Positions 49,888-60,101 are shown, counted from the first letter of the stretch. The stretch is 64,000 bases of DNA from an uncultured Chloroflexia bacterium (GCA_963728205.1 CAVSIV010000002.1:288001-352000), one strand, 5' to 3'. Made by a program: numbers and translations. The notes: generated by a model not told the origin, from the letters alone.

Positions 49888-51183
49888 TCAGTCGTCCAGC
49901 AGGTTGAACACCATGCCGGTCGCGAGCTTCGGGTAGAAGTACGTCGTCTTTTGCGGCATCAGCTCGCCGGCGCCCGCGACGTCGCTGATCTGCTCGACGC
50001 GCGTCGGGTTCAGCAGGAACGCCAGCCGGTAGCCGTCGCGCTCGGCCGTGCTCCACGTCTCGCTCACGTTGGCGGTGAAGCCCACGCGGTCGCCGCCGGA
50101 GAGCGCGGCCGTGTCGATGCCGAGCAGGGGGCGCAGGATCGTTTCCGTGAGGATGCGCGCGTCCAGGGCGCGCGATGCCGGGGAGAGGTCGCGCGGCATC
50201 GCGGCGTCGATCGCATCGCGCGAGCGGCCGGTGAGCAGGTACGCGCGGTGCGCCTGCAGGTCGAGCAGCCCGAAGGTCGCGGGGCCGAGCGCGCCTGCCT
50301 GTACGCGCTCCCAGAGCGCGCGCACCGCATCCTCGCCCCAGCCGTCGACGGGCTCGACCGCGTAGCGCTCGCCGAGCCGCCCGAGGAAGTCCGCCGGCAG
50401 CTCGCCGGCGCGCACGAGGCGGTGGTTGGGCAGCACGACCAGCCCCGGGTCGTCCTGCGGCACGAGTCCGGTGAGGACATAACGCTCAGCGGCGTCCGCC
50501 CGCGGGTCGCCGGCGGCGAGGCAATCGTCGAGGTAGGTGAGCGCGGTCGCGTACCGGTGGTGGCCGTCGGCGATGGTGACGTTCGACGCGCCGACGGCGG
50601 CCGTGAGCGCGGCCTGCTGCGCCGCGTCGGCGATCACCCAGAGCCGGTGCTGGTCGCCGAGGCTGTCGGTTGCGTCGAAGGCCGGCGCGCCGGCGGCGAC
50701 GGCGTCGAGCACGGCGCGCGCGCGGCCGTCGTCGTCGAACATCGCGAAGATCGGGCTGACGTTGGTGCGCGTCGCCTCGAGCAGGCGCAGGCGCTGGGCG
50801 CGCGGGCCGGCCATCGTCGCCTCGTGCGGCCGCACGACGCCTTCCTCCGGGCGGTGCAGCCGCAGCCGCGCGAAGAAGCAGCGGCGCGTGTGCTGCACGC
50901 CCTGGATCGCGGCGCGCTGCTCGTAGAGGTAGTAGGCGGGGGCATCGTCGCGGCGCAGCACGCCGCTGTCGATCCACGAGCTCAATGCCTGCGCTGCGGC
51001 GGCGTAGCGCGTCGCCTCGTCGCCCGGACAGCACTCGACGTGCGCGGCGTTGTACGGCGAGCGCGCGAGCAGTGCCGCCTCGTCGTCGGCGCCCACCACG
51101 TCGTACGGCGGGGCGATCACGTCGTCGGGGCGCACTCGGGCGGGGTCGTAGCGCAGGCCGCGGAACGGGCGGATCTCGGTGAT
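49888..51183 (-). CDS. DUF1015 family protein; probable ATC start
   Basis: TEIRPFRGLRY, APPYDVV, PHE, IADGHHRY, MPQKTTYFYPK; GAGGAG 6 nt before ATC 51183. Confidence 0.88.
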   Translation of the reverse strand: MTEIRPFRGLRYDPARVRPDDVIAPPYDVVGADDEAALLARSPYNAAHVECCPGDEATRYAAAAQALSSWIDSGVLRRDDAPAYYLYEQRAAIQGVQHTRRCFFARLRLHRPEEGVVRPHEATMAGPRAQRLRLLEATRTNVSPIFAMFDDDGRARAVLDAVAAGAPAFDATDSLGDQHRLWVIADAAQQAALTAAVGASNVTIADGHHRYATALTYLDDCLAAGDPRADAAERYVLTGLVPQDDPGLVVLPNHRLVRAGELPADFLGRLGERYAVEPVDGWGEDAVRALWERVQAGALGPATFGLLDLQAHRAYLLTGRSRDAIDAAMPRDLSPASRALDARILTETILRPLLGIDTAALSGGDRVGFTANVSETWSTAERDGYRLAFLLNPTRVEQISDVAGAGELMPQKTTYFYPKLATGMVFNLLDD

Positions 51184-51210
51184 GACGCGCTCCTCGTCTC
51201 GCCGTGGGTT

Positions 51211-51240
51211 TTGACGCTGGGAAGGGGGGATTCCTAGACT
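51211..51240 (+). promoter_or_regulatory. sigma70-type promoter of the second HIT gene
   Basis: TTGACG-18nt-TAGACT, followed by a CCTTCCG/CGGAAGG hairpin. Confidence 0.5.
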
Positions 51241-51296
51241 CGAACGTCCTTCCGGGGTGCGGAAGGTCCGCTTCTCGGAAGGTAGCCAATCACCCC

Positions 51297-51620
51297 GTGA
51301 ACCGCTACTGCACGTTCTGCCAGATCGCAGCGGGTCGCGAGCCGGCCGACGTCCTCTACGAGGACGACGAGGTGATGGTCTTCCGCAACCGGCTGCGCTG
51401 GGTGCCGGTGATGCTGCTGGCGATCCCGAAACGCCACCTCACCCAGGCCGAGCTCTGGGCGGACATGGGAGCCGTCGGTGCGGCGGCGGTGCGCGTGGCG
51501 AAGGAGCAGTGCCCGGGAGGCTTTCGGCTGATCTCGAACTCCGGCTACGACGGTATGCAGTCGCAGGATCACGCCCACGTGCACATCCTCGGCGGCATCT
51601 TCCTCGGCGAGTACGCGTAG
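51297..51620 (+). CDS. HIT family protein (Zn-binding CxxC type)
   Basis: YCTFCQI, IPKRH, QDHAHVHILGG. Confidence 0.88.
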   Translation: MNRYCTFCQIAAGREPADVLYEDDEVMVFRNRLRWVPVMLLAIPKRHLTQAELWADMGAVGAAAVRVAKEQCPGGFRLISNSGYDGMQSQDHAHVHILGGIFLGEYA

Positions 51621-51770
51621 TTCCCCGGCCTCCGGGCGAGGGGCAGCCGCCGGTCCTGCCTTGCGCCGCACCCGCCGTTGGCTGCCCCCACGCGATCCGG
51701 TGCTTCCTGCATCTCCGCTCGGCCGCGAGCGGCTGGATGCGCCAGCCTGGTTCGCTTGACGGGTCGTTTC

Positions 51771-51786
51771 CGAACGTCGTTAGAAT
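51771..51786 (+). promoter_or_regulatory. TetR operator-like imperfect palindrome overlapping a leaderless promoter
   Basis: CGAAC-gtc-GTTAG overlaps TAGAAT (51781), which lies 6 nt before ATG 51793. Confidence 0.45.
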
Positions 51787-51792
51787 ACTCGC

Positions 51793-52404
51793 ATGCCTCA
51801 CAAGCTCGCCCGCACCGGCCGCCCGCGCCAGTCCACGCACGACGCCATCGTCGCGGCGGCGTGGGCCCTCGCGCGGCGCGACGGCATCGCCGCGCTCTCC
51901 CTGCGCGACCTGGCGGCGGCCGTCGGCATCCGCGCCCCGTCGCTCTACTCGTACTTCGCTTCGAAGCACGACCTCTACGACGCGCTCTTCGCCGACGGCT
52001 ACCGCGCATTCAACGCACGTATGGCCGCCGTCGAGGCGGCGCGCCTGCCGAGGACCGGCGCGCACACCGCGATCGCCGACGCCGCGCGCGCGTTCATGGC
52101 GTTCTGCCGCGAGGACGTCCCGCGCTACCAGCTGCTCTTCACCCCGGCCGTGCCGGGCTTCGCTCCGTCCGACGCGTCGATGGCGCTCGCCGCCGACGCG
52201 CTCGCGTTCGTGCGCCGGAACCTCGCGGCCTTCGGCATCGACGACCCGGCGGCGGACGACCTGCTGATCGCGCTGCTCACTGGCCTCGTCAACCAGCAGA
52301 TTGCGAACGACCCGGTGGGCGACCGCTGGGAGCGCCTGATCGATCGAGCGGCAGCCATGTTCCTGGCCGACGTCGCCGGGAGCGGAGTAGGAGGGGTCCT
52401 ATGA
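51793..52404 (+). CDS. TetR/AcrR family regulator
   Basis: HTH LSLRDLAAAVGIRAPSLYSYFASKHDL. Confidence 0.92.
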   Translation: MPHKLARTGRPRQSTHDAIVAAAWALARRDGIAALSLRDLAAAVGIRAPSLYSYFASKHDLYDALFADGYRAFNARMAAVEAARLPRTGAHTAIADAARAFMAFCREDVPRYQLLFTPAVPGFAPSDASMALAADALAFVRRNLAAFGIDDPAADDLLIALLTGLVNQQIANDPVGDRWERLIDRAAAMFLADVAGSGVGGVL

Positions 52405-53181
52405 ACACGAATGTCGAGCGGTCGGCGGGCCAGCACGCGCGCGACGTGCGGACGATCCGTCCGATCCGCGGCCGCGAGGCGAGCGAGCTCGCCGACCGCG
52501 AGTACGGGCGCTTCCTCGATCTCGTGCGCCGGGTCGAGGGCGACGAGTGGGCGCGGCCGACCGACTGCGCGCTGTGGAACGTCCACGAGATCGTCGCGCA
52601 CCAGGTGGGCCACGGCGAGGCGTGGTCGTCCCTGCGCGCGATGTTCCACCAGTACCGCATCGGACTGCCGCTGGCGCGTCGGCGCGGCATGCAGCCGGTC
52701 GACGCCGTGAACGAGGTCCAGGTGCGCGAGCGCGAAGGCATGCCGCCCGACGAACTCGTCCGGCGCCTCGACGCGGTGCGCGCCGGTGCGGTTCGCGGCC
52801 GTGCCCGGCGTCGCTGGATGCGCCCGCTGCGCTTCCCTACGCCGGGCATCGGCTGGACATCGCTCGGCAAGCTCTACGACGTCATCCTGACACGCGACAC
52901 GTGGGCGCACCGCGTCGACGTGGCCCGCGCGACGGGCAGGGAGCTTGTGCTCACGGCCGACCATGACGGCCGCATCATCGAGGACCTCGTGGCCGACTGG
53001 GCGCGCCTGCACGGGCGACCGTTCGCGCTGCGGCTGCTCGGTCCCGCGGGCGGCGTCTTCGGCGCCGGCGCGATCGAGGCAGCCGGCCGGGGAGATCGTG
53101 CTCGACGCGGTGGAGTTCGCCCGGGTCGTCTCAGGGCGCGTGCCCGGGGAGGGGTTGCTCGCGCGGCGGGTGCTCTTCTAG
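52401..53181 (+). CDS. maleylpyruvate isomerase N-terminal (MDMPI/DinB-like) protein (frameshift near 53085)
   Basis: WARPTDCALWNVHEIVAH, RDTWAHRVD; C-terminus LDAVEFARVVSGR in an adjacent frame. Confidence 0.8.
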
Positions 53182-53240
53182 CGACCGGGGCCGGCGGCGG
53201 GCTCACGGTTCGGTTCGACGCGGGGCGCGCCGCAGGCTGC

Positions 53241-53540
53241 TCAGACCGGCCGGTGCTGCCGTGCGAGCGCGCTCTCGAGGAACTTGCGGCCGTACCGGTG
53301 CGCCGCGAGCGACGTCCACACCGCGGGCGCGACATCGGTCGGCAGGACGAGGGCGAGATCGCCGGGCTCGATCGCGGCCGAGAGCGTGTCGCGCACGGCG
53401 GTGGCCGTGAACTCGGACTCGACGAGCCAGGTCGAGTCGGCGATCTGCCAGAGCGCGACGCTGGCGGACTGCACCGCGCCGAGCAGCGTGGGGTACTCGC
53501 CCGAAGACCGGCTGAGGCGGCACACGACGGTATACAGCAC
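53241..53540 (-). CDS. small ferredoxin-fold protein, Cas2/VapD-like pattern
   Basis: LYTVVCRL..Y..L..AV..W....STWLV....TA..VRD.L...I..GD..LVL pattern. Confidence 0.55.
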   Translation of the reverse strand: MLYTVVCRLSRSSGEYPTLLGAVQSASVALWQIADSTWLVESEFTATAVRDTLSAAIEPGDLALVLPTDVAPAVWTSLAAHRYGRKFLESALARQHRPV

Positions 53541-53666
53541 GCGGTGACTCCAGACAGCGCTGGGGAGCGCCTGGTGCCCGCCTAATTGCGAAGACGCTAA
53601 TACAGAATTGAACCCGCGGTCAACCGGCCGACCACCGGCCGCATCGCTCGCGGCCCGCGACCGCGC

Positions 53667-53885
53667 TCAGGGAACGGACTTCGTCGCGTGCGTCCGCGCC
53701 TGGTCATCGAGCGCCCGCTCCGCCTCGCGCACGTGTCCCAGCGCGGCCCATGCATGCGCGCCCATCCGCGGAATCTCGCCGTCGCGGACGTGGCGCGCCG
53801 CCGTGCGACAATGCTGCGCCGCCTGCTCGAGCTCGGCCGCCGCCGCCTCGAATAGCCCCGCCGCCGACTCCAGGTTCTCGCTCAT
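53667..53885 (-). CDS. small helical hypothetical protein (72 aa)
   Basis: MSENLESAAGLF...HCRTAARH...GAHAWAALGH; GAGGGA RBS; directly after rph. Confidence 0.6.
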   Translation of the reverse strand: MSENLESAAGLFEAAAAELEQAAQHCRTAARHVRDGEIPRMGAHAWAALGHVREAERALDDQARTHATKSVP

Positions 53886-53913
53886 CCCCGCGTCCCTCGC
53901 ACCCGCCGCGGAC

Positions 53914-54664
53914 CTACCGCGTCGCCTCGCGCCAGGCGGCCGTCGCCTCGCGCTGCGTCGCGAGCAGCTGCTCGATGCCGTCGAACGCCAGGTCGAGCAG
54001 CGCGCGAGCTCCTCGCGGCGGAACGGGTCGCGCTCCGCCGTGCCCTGCACCTCGACGAGCTCGCCGGCGCCGGTGGCGACGACGTTGCAGTCGACCTCCG
54101 CCTCGCGAGTCCTCGACGTACTCGAGGTCGAGCAGCGGCGTGCCGTCGCACGATCCCCACCGAGACCGCGGCGACCGGCGAGTCGCAGCGGCCAGCAGGT
54201 CGGCAGCTCGCCGGTCATCTGCAGCCGCGCTAGCGCCTGCACGAGCGCGACGTACGCGCCGGTGACCGAGGCGGTGCGCGTGCCGCCGTCGGCCTGCAGC
54301 ACGTCGCAGTCGATCGTCAGCGTGCGCTCGCCGAGCTGCTTCGAGGTCGAGCACCGCGCGCAGGCAGCGGCCGATCAGGCGCTGGATCTCGCTGGTGCGT
54401 CCGGACGGGCGGCCGCGGGCGACCTCGCGCGCGCGCGCGGTAGGCGGTGGCGCGCGGCAGCATCGCGTACTCGGCGGTGACCCAGCCCTGGCCGCTTGCC
54501 GTTGAGGAACGGCGGCACGCGCGCCTCGACGGTGGCCGCGACCAGATCACCCGCGTGTCGCCGGTCGTGATCAGCGCGGACCCCTCGGCGTGGGTGAGAT
54601 AGCCGGGCTCGATGGTGACGGGCCGCAGGTCGCGGGGCGTGCGCTGGTACGAGCGTTCGAACAT
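53914..54664 (-). CDS. rph: ribonuclease PH, broken by multiple indels
   Basis: Fragments in different frames: [64 protein letters not shown]. Confidence 0.88.
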
Positions 54665-54754
54665 CGGGCTCCCGTTCGGTGGTGGTCGGTCCGGAGAAGC
54701 GTGGCGGCGGCTACCGTAGCACGCGACCGCGTGCCGTCCGAGCGAGGAGCCGCC

Positions 54755-55138
54755 GTGCCCCAGTACCGCCTGTATGCCGACGACGCCGGCCGCACGCACC
54801 TCGCGCCGCTCGACCTGCTCGACCGCCCGTGGGAGAACGGTCCGGGCGACTTCAAGGGGGTGGGCGGCAGCGTCCTCGGCGATGCGACGCGCGTGATGCT
54901 GATGCGCTTCGAGACCGGTTCGCACCCGCCGCTGCATCGTGCGGTGCCGAGCCTCGCGGTAGTCCTGCAGGGGGAGATCGTGGTGAGCGTCTCCGACGGC
55001 GACGAGGTGTCGCTGCACCCGGGCGACGCGGTGCGGGTCGAGACGACCGGGCGCGGGGGCTGGCGGCTGGGCAACCGGGGCGACGAGCACGCGCTGCTCG
55101 CTCTCGTGCAGATGCCGCCGCGTCGCGCCGCCGGCTGA
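54755..55138 (+). CDS. cupin-domain protein
   Basis: [28 protein letters not shown]...LHPGD..ETTGRG; GAGGAG RBS. Confidence 0.75.
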   Translation: MPQYRLYADDAGRTHLAPLDLLDRPWENGPGDFKGVGGSVLGDATRVMLMRFETGSHPPLHRAVPSLAVVLQGEIVVSVSDGDEVSLHPGDAVRVETTGRGGWRLGNRGDEHALLALVQMPPRRAAG

Positions 55139-55331
55139 GGCGTCGCGGCGACGACGCGCCGCCCCGGGCGCCGCGCGCGGAGCAGCCGAGGCCCGCGTCC
55201 GCGACGCGTCACGTGCTGCGCCCCGTCCCGCTCGTTCACGGGGTGCGACCGGCACGCTTGCCGGTGAGCCGCGGCACGGTCGTGCCTACGATCGACGCGC
55301 TCAGGGCCGGCCGCCTGGGGCAATCGTCACG

Positions 55332-55856
55332 ATGCCGCCGGTTCGTCGTCGCACCGACCTGCTGCTCGTGGCGTTGCTCGTGCCGGCGGTGCTCATCCTC
55401 GTCGTCCGGGCGCAGGCGTCGCCGGGCATCCTGATCGAGCCTCGCGAACCGCTGCCGGGTGTGGACCAGGTGCGCGTGCAGGTCGCCGGCGCAGTGCTTC
55501 AGCCGGGGGTCGTGACCGTGGCGCCGGGCGCTCGGGTCGCCGACGCCGTTGCCCTCGCCGGCGGGGTGACCTCCGACGCCGACACCACCGCGGTGAACAT
55601 GGCGCGGCGGGTCGTCGACGAGGATCAGATCGTCGTCCCGCGCCTGGGCGACTCGACGGCATCGGCGCTCGTCGACCTCAACCGCGCGTCGGCGAAGGAG
55701 CTCGAGGCGCTGCCGGGCGTCGGCGCGGTGACCGCGCAACGCATCATGGACGCGCGAGCGGCGCGGCCGTTCGCCTCGAGCGACAATCTCGTCGCGCGGA
55801 AGCTCGTGTCCGCGCGCGTCTACGCGGGCATCCGCGACCTGGTCGCGACGCCGTGA
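55332..55856 (+). CDS. comEA: competence DNA-binding protein ComEA (SLBB + HhH)
   Basis: VQVAGAVLQPG, GARVADAV, VNMARRVVDEDQIVVP, LNRAS..ELEALPGVG. Confidence 0.88.
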   Translation: MPPVRRRTDLLLVALLVPAVLILVVRAQASPGILIEPREPLPGVDQVRVQVAGAVLQPGVVTVAPGARVADAVALAGGVTSDADTTAVNMARRVVDEDQIVVPRLGDSTASALVDLNRASAKELEALPGVGAVTAQRIMDARAARPFASSDNLVARKLVSARVYAGIRDLVATP

Positions 55857-58159
55857 ACGTGCTAACCGGGCACCGCGTGCCGGCGGGCGTGCTCGTGCCT
55901 GCGGCGTACGCGCTCGGCACGCTCGTGGCCGCGATCGTCGGCGGCGCGTGGTGGATGACGGCGCTCGGGGCGCTGCCCGCCGCGGCGCTGCTGTCCGTCG
56001 ACCGCGCGCCGACGCGCCGTGCGTTGCTGGTCGCGGTCGTTGTGCTCGCGGCGGCGGCGGGCCACGTGCGGCTCGCCGCCGCCGACGCGCGCCCGCCGCC
56101 GCGCATCGCGACCGTGACGGGGAACCACGTGCTGGTGGGCGTGCTCCGCGACAATCCATCGATCGACGGCGTGACGGCGCGCCTCGACGTCGACCTCGAG
56201 ACGCTCGACGGCGAGCCGGCCTCCGGCGCCGTGCGCGTGACGGTGCGCGCCCCGCGCGCACCGCTCCTCGCGGGCGACCGCCTGCGCGTTGCGGGCAAGG
56301 TGGAGCGGCCGCCCGCGGTCGCGGACTTCGACTACGCGGGCTACCTGCGCAGCCGCGGCGTGTACGCGGTCGCCCGCTATCCGAAGCGCTGGGAGCGCGT
56401 CGGCCATCGCGGCGCCGGGCTCCGCGAGCCGCTGCTCGCGCTGCGGCGGTGGGCGACGGGGAACATCGAGCGCGCGCTCCCGGAGCCGGCGGCGGCGCTG
56501 TGCGCCGGCGTCCTCGTCGGCGAGCGGCGCACGATGCCGCCGGCGCTGACCGAGGCCCTGCGCGTCACGGGCACCACGCACCTCGTGGTGGTATCGGGGC
56601 AGAACGTCGCGCTACTGCTGGGCAGCGCGATCGCGCTCCTGTCGGCGGTGATGTCGCGCCGGCATGCGGCGGTGCTCTCGCTCGCCCTGCTCCCGCCGTA
56701 CGTGATGCTGATCGGCGCCGACCCGCCCGTCGTGCGCGCGGCGTTCATGTCGGTCGGCATCGCCGCGGCGCAGGTGACCGGCAGGCGCACGCCCGGCTGG
56801 ATCTACCTGCTCGATGCCGGCACCGCGATGCTGCTGCTCGACCCGACGCTCGCGCGCGACGTCGCCTTCCAGCTCAGCATGTCGGCGACCGCCGGCGTCA
56901 TGTTGCTGCCGCGGCCGCTCGGGGACCTGGCGGCGGCGCTCCCCGGGGGGCTCGCCGAGCGGTCCGGCCCGGTGCTAGAGCTCGCGGTCACGGCGACGGC
57001 CGCCACGCTCGCGGTCGTGCCCGTGCAGGCCGCGGCGTTCCAGAGCCTCTCCCTGATCGCGATCCCGGCCAACATCGCCGTCGCGCCGATCTACGACGCG
57101 ACCGTGCTGGTCTCGATGGCGGCGGCGCTCCTCGGGTGGCTGGAGCCGTGCGCCGAGCTGATCTGGGCCGCCGGCCGCTTCGTCCCCGGCGCCTTCCTCG
57201 CGACGGTCGCCGCGCTGGCGCGCGTCCCTGGCGGCACCGTGCCCGTGCGGGCGCCGCTGCTTGCCGGCATCGCCTGGTACGCGGGCCTCGCCGGCGGGGT
57301 CGCGTGGCTCGCCGTGCACCGGCCGGCCGCCGCCGGCGTGGAGTTCGGCGGCGGCGGGGTCGCCCGCACGCTTGCCCTCGCGACCCTCGCCTGCGGCGCG
57401 TGGCTGGCGGTCCTCGCCCCGGTCGATCGCGCCGCAACGCTCACGGTGCTCGACGTCGGCCAGGGGCTGGCGGTGCTCGTGCGGGACGGCGGCCGCTCGG
57501 TGCTCTTCGACACGGGGCCGCCCGATGGCACCGTGATGCAGGCGCTGCCGCGCGTCGGCCTCGGGCGGCGCCTCGACGCGATCGTGATCAGCCACTCCGA
57601 TGCCGATCACTCGGGCGGCGCCGCCGCCATCCTGCGGAGGCTCGACGTCGGCGCCCTGCTCGCGTCGCGCCAGACGCTCGACGCGCTCGGTCTCGCCGGG
57701 CGGCCAATCGACATCGGCGACCGCATCCGCCTCGACGCCCGCACGACACTCGACGTGATCTCGCCGCCGCTCGTCACGGGCGCCGACGAGCACGCCACCG
57801 TGAACGACGAGGCGCTCGTGCTGCTCGTGACGGTCGGCGAGCGTCGCTTCCTGCTCGCGGCGGACATCGAGGCGCCGGCCGAGGACTGGCTCGTCCGCAG
57901 CGGCGAGGACCTGCACGCGGACGTCATCGTCGTCCCGCACCACGGCTCGCGGACGTCGTCGACGCCGCCGTTCCTCGCCGCGGTCGACCCTGCACTCGCG
58001 GTGATCTCGGTGGGGGCACACAACACGTTCGGCCATCCGGCGCCGGAGGTGGTGACACGCTACGAGGCGGCCGGCGTGCGCGTCGACCGCACGGACCAGG
58101 AGGGCGACGTCACCGTGCGCACCGACGGCGAGCGCCTCTGGGTGCGCACCGCCCGGTGA
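55853..58159 (+). CDS. comEC: DNA internalization channel ComEC/Rec2
   Basis: FDYAGYL, HLVVVSGQN, RAAFM, FQLS, DVGQG, SHSDADHSGG, PHHGS, NTFGHP, RTDQEG. Confidence 0.92.
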   Translation: MNVLTGHRVPAGVLVPAAYALGTLVAAIVGGAWWMTALGALPAAALLSVDRAPTRRALLVAVVVLAAAAGHVRLAAADARPPPRIATVTGNHVLVGVLRDNPSIDGVTARLDVDLETLDGEPASGAVRVTVRAPRAPLLAGDRLRVAGKVERPPAVADFDYAGYLRSRGVYAVARYPKRWERVGHRGAGLREPLLALRRWATGNIERALPEPAAALCAGVLVGERRTMPPALTEALRVTGTTHLVVVSGQNVALLLGSAIALLSAVMSRRHAAVLSLALLPPYVMLIGADPPVVRAAFMSVGIAAAQVTGRRTPGWIYLLDAGTAMLLLDPTLARDVAFQLSMSATAGVMLLPRPLGDLAAALPGGLAERSGPVLELAVTATAATLAVVPVQAAAFQSLSLIAIPANIAVAPIYDATVLVSMAAALLGWLEPCAELIWAAGRFVPGAFLATVAALARVPGGTVPVRAPLLAGIAWYAGLAGGVAWLAVHRPAAAGVEFGGGGVARTLALATLACGAWLAVLAPVDRAATLTVLDVGQGLAVLVRDGGRSVLFDTGPPDGTVMQALPRVGLGRRLDAIVISHSDADHSGGAAAILRRLDVGALLASRQTLDALGLAGRPIDIGDRIRLDARTTLDVISPPLVTGADEHATVNDEALVLLVTVGERRFLLAADIEAPAEDWLVRSGEDLHADVIVVPHHGSRTSSTPPFLAAVDPALAVISVGAHNTFGHPAPEVVTRYEAAGVRVDRTDQEGDVTVRTDGERLWVRTAR

Positions 58160-58298
58160 CGGCCAATCGCGGCGCCCGAGGGTCCGTGATCGCCCCCTGT
58201 CGCGGTACATAAGAGGCCGTCTATACTGCGGGTTCTCCCATCGGCGCCGCACGGCCCCGTCCTCGACCCGGCCGCGTGATCGGAACCGGAGCTCCCCA

Positions 58299-59216
58299 GT
58301 GCTCGGTCGCGACTTCGTCTCGATCCTCGACCTCTCGCCGGAACAGCTGGAGCGCATGCTCGAGCTGGCGCTCGGCATGAAGCGCGATGGCCCCGGCCCC
58401 GTGCTGCGCGGACAGACCCTCGCGATGGTGTTCGAGAAGCCATCGCTCCGCACGCGCGTCTCGTTCGAGATGGCGATGCGCCGCCTCGGTGGCGATGCCC
58501 TGTACCTCTCGGCGCACGAGGTGCGCATGGGCGACCGCGAGCCCGTGAAGGACGTCGCGCGCGTGCTCACGCGCATGGTGCAGGCGATCGCCGCGCGCAC
58601 CTACGCGCACCAGACCGTCCTCGACCTCGCCGCCTACGCCGACGTGCCGGTGGTGAACGCGCTCACCGATGAGGAGCACCCGTGCCAGGCGCTGGCCGAC
58701 CTGCTCACGCTGCGCGAGCGCTTCGGCTCGCTGCACGGCGTGCGGCTGGTCTACGTCGGCGAGGGCAACAACGTGGCGCGCTCGCTCGCGTACGGCTCGG
58801 TGATGACCGGCGTCGACTTCGTGTGCGCGTCTCCGGTGGGCTACGAGCTGCCGGGCGAGACGCTCGAGCGCGCCCGTGCGCTCCCGGGCGGCGGCAGCGT
58901 CACGCAGCTCACCGACCCTCACGAGGCCGTCCGCGACGCGGCCGTCGTCTACACCGACGTCTGGGCGTCGATGGGCTTCGAGCACGAGCTCGAGAGCCGC
59001 AAGGAGCATTTCCGGCCGTACCAGCTCAACGCCGAGCTGCTCGCCTCCGCGCCCGCCGACGCGCTCGTGATGCACGACCTCCCCGCCCACCGCGGCGAGG
59101 AGATCACCGACGAGGTGATCGAGTCGGAGCGCTCCGTCGTCTTCGACCAGGCGGAGAACCGCATGCATGCGCAGCAGGCCGTGCTGGCCGTGCTGCTCGG
59201 AGGGTCGCCGGGCTAA
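58299..59216 (+). CDS. argF: ornithine carbamoyltransferase
   Basis: FEKPSLRTRVSF, HPCQALAD, YTDVWASMG, MHDLPAHRG, QAENR; TATACT -10 at 58222. Confidence 0.93.
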   Translation: MLGRDFVSILDLSPEQLERMLELALGMKRDGPGPVLRGQTLAMVFEKPSLRTRVSFEMAMRRLGGDALYLSAHEVRMGDREPVKDVARVLTRMVQAIAARTYAHQTVLDLAAYADVPVVNALTDEEHPCQALADLLTLRERFGSLHGVRLVYVGEGNNVARSLAYGSVMTGVDFVCASPVGYELPGETLERARALPGGGSVTQLTDPHEAVRDAAVVYTDVWASMGFEHELESRKEHFRPYQLNAELLASAPADALVMHDLPAHRGEEITDEVIESERSVVFDQAENRMHAQQAVLAVLLGGSPG

Positions 59217-59254
59217 GCCCCGGCCGCCCCGGAACAGCGAAGAAGGGCCGCGCG

Positions 59255-60101
59255 GTGCCGCAGCTTCCCGTCGGCCTGACCGACGTCTTCTCGCGCCTCG
59301 ACGTCTCGGCGGTCATCGACATCACGATCGTCTCGTTCTTCATCTACTGGCTGCTGCTGCTGATCCGCGGCAGCACCGCGATGACGGTCCTGCGTGGCGT
59401 GGGCGTCCTGCTCGTCGGTGCCTTTCTCTTCAGCCGCGTGCTCGACCTGCGCATGCTGAACTGGATCCTGCGCAATTCCGTCACCGGCCTGATGATCGGG
59501 CTGATCATCATCTTCCAGCCCGAGATCCGGCGGGCACTCGAGCGCCTCGGCCGCACGGGCCTGCGCTCGATGTTCGGCAAGCGCGAGCACCGCGACGTGA
59601 TCGACGTCATCGTGCGCTCCGCGCTGCAGCTGCGCGCGCCGCGAGATCGGCGCGCTGATCTGCCTCGAGCGCGAAACCGGGCTCGGCGAGGTGATCGACA
59701 CCGGCATCCCGCTCAACGCGCTGATCTCCGCCGAGCTCCTGGGCAGCATCTTCATCACCAGCTCGCCGCTACACGACGGGGCGGTCGTGGTGCGCGGCGA
59801 TCGCATCATCGCCGCCGGCTGCACGCTGCCGCTGTCCGAGGCGCCCCTGCCGGCGGAGTACGGCATGCGGCACCGAGCGGCCCTCGGCCTCGCCGAGCGG
59901 ACCGACTGCGTGGTGGTGATCGTCTCCGAGGAGCGGGGCGAGGTGTCGATCGCGTCCAACGGCCGCATGGCGCCGGCGCTCGACGAGAGCCAGCTGAGCC
60001 GCCAGCTCCATCGCCTCTTCGGCCTCGAGCCCGAGGCACCCGCTCCCGATGATGCACCCCCGTCGGCGGCGGCGGGCGGGCTGGAGCGCCGGGCCAGCTG
60101 A
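59255..60101 (+). CDS. cdaA: diadenylate cyclase CdaA (frameshift near 59635)
   Basis: 3 TM helices, IFQPEIRRALE, IGALI, PLHDGA, GMRHRAA, VSEERG. Confidence 0.9.

Noticed and set aside
53241-53540. CRISPR-Cas locus
   Set aside because: No repeat-spacer array or other cas gene was recognised anywhere in the window.
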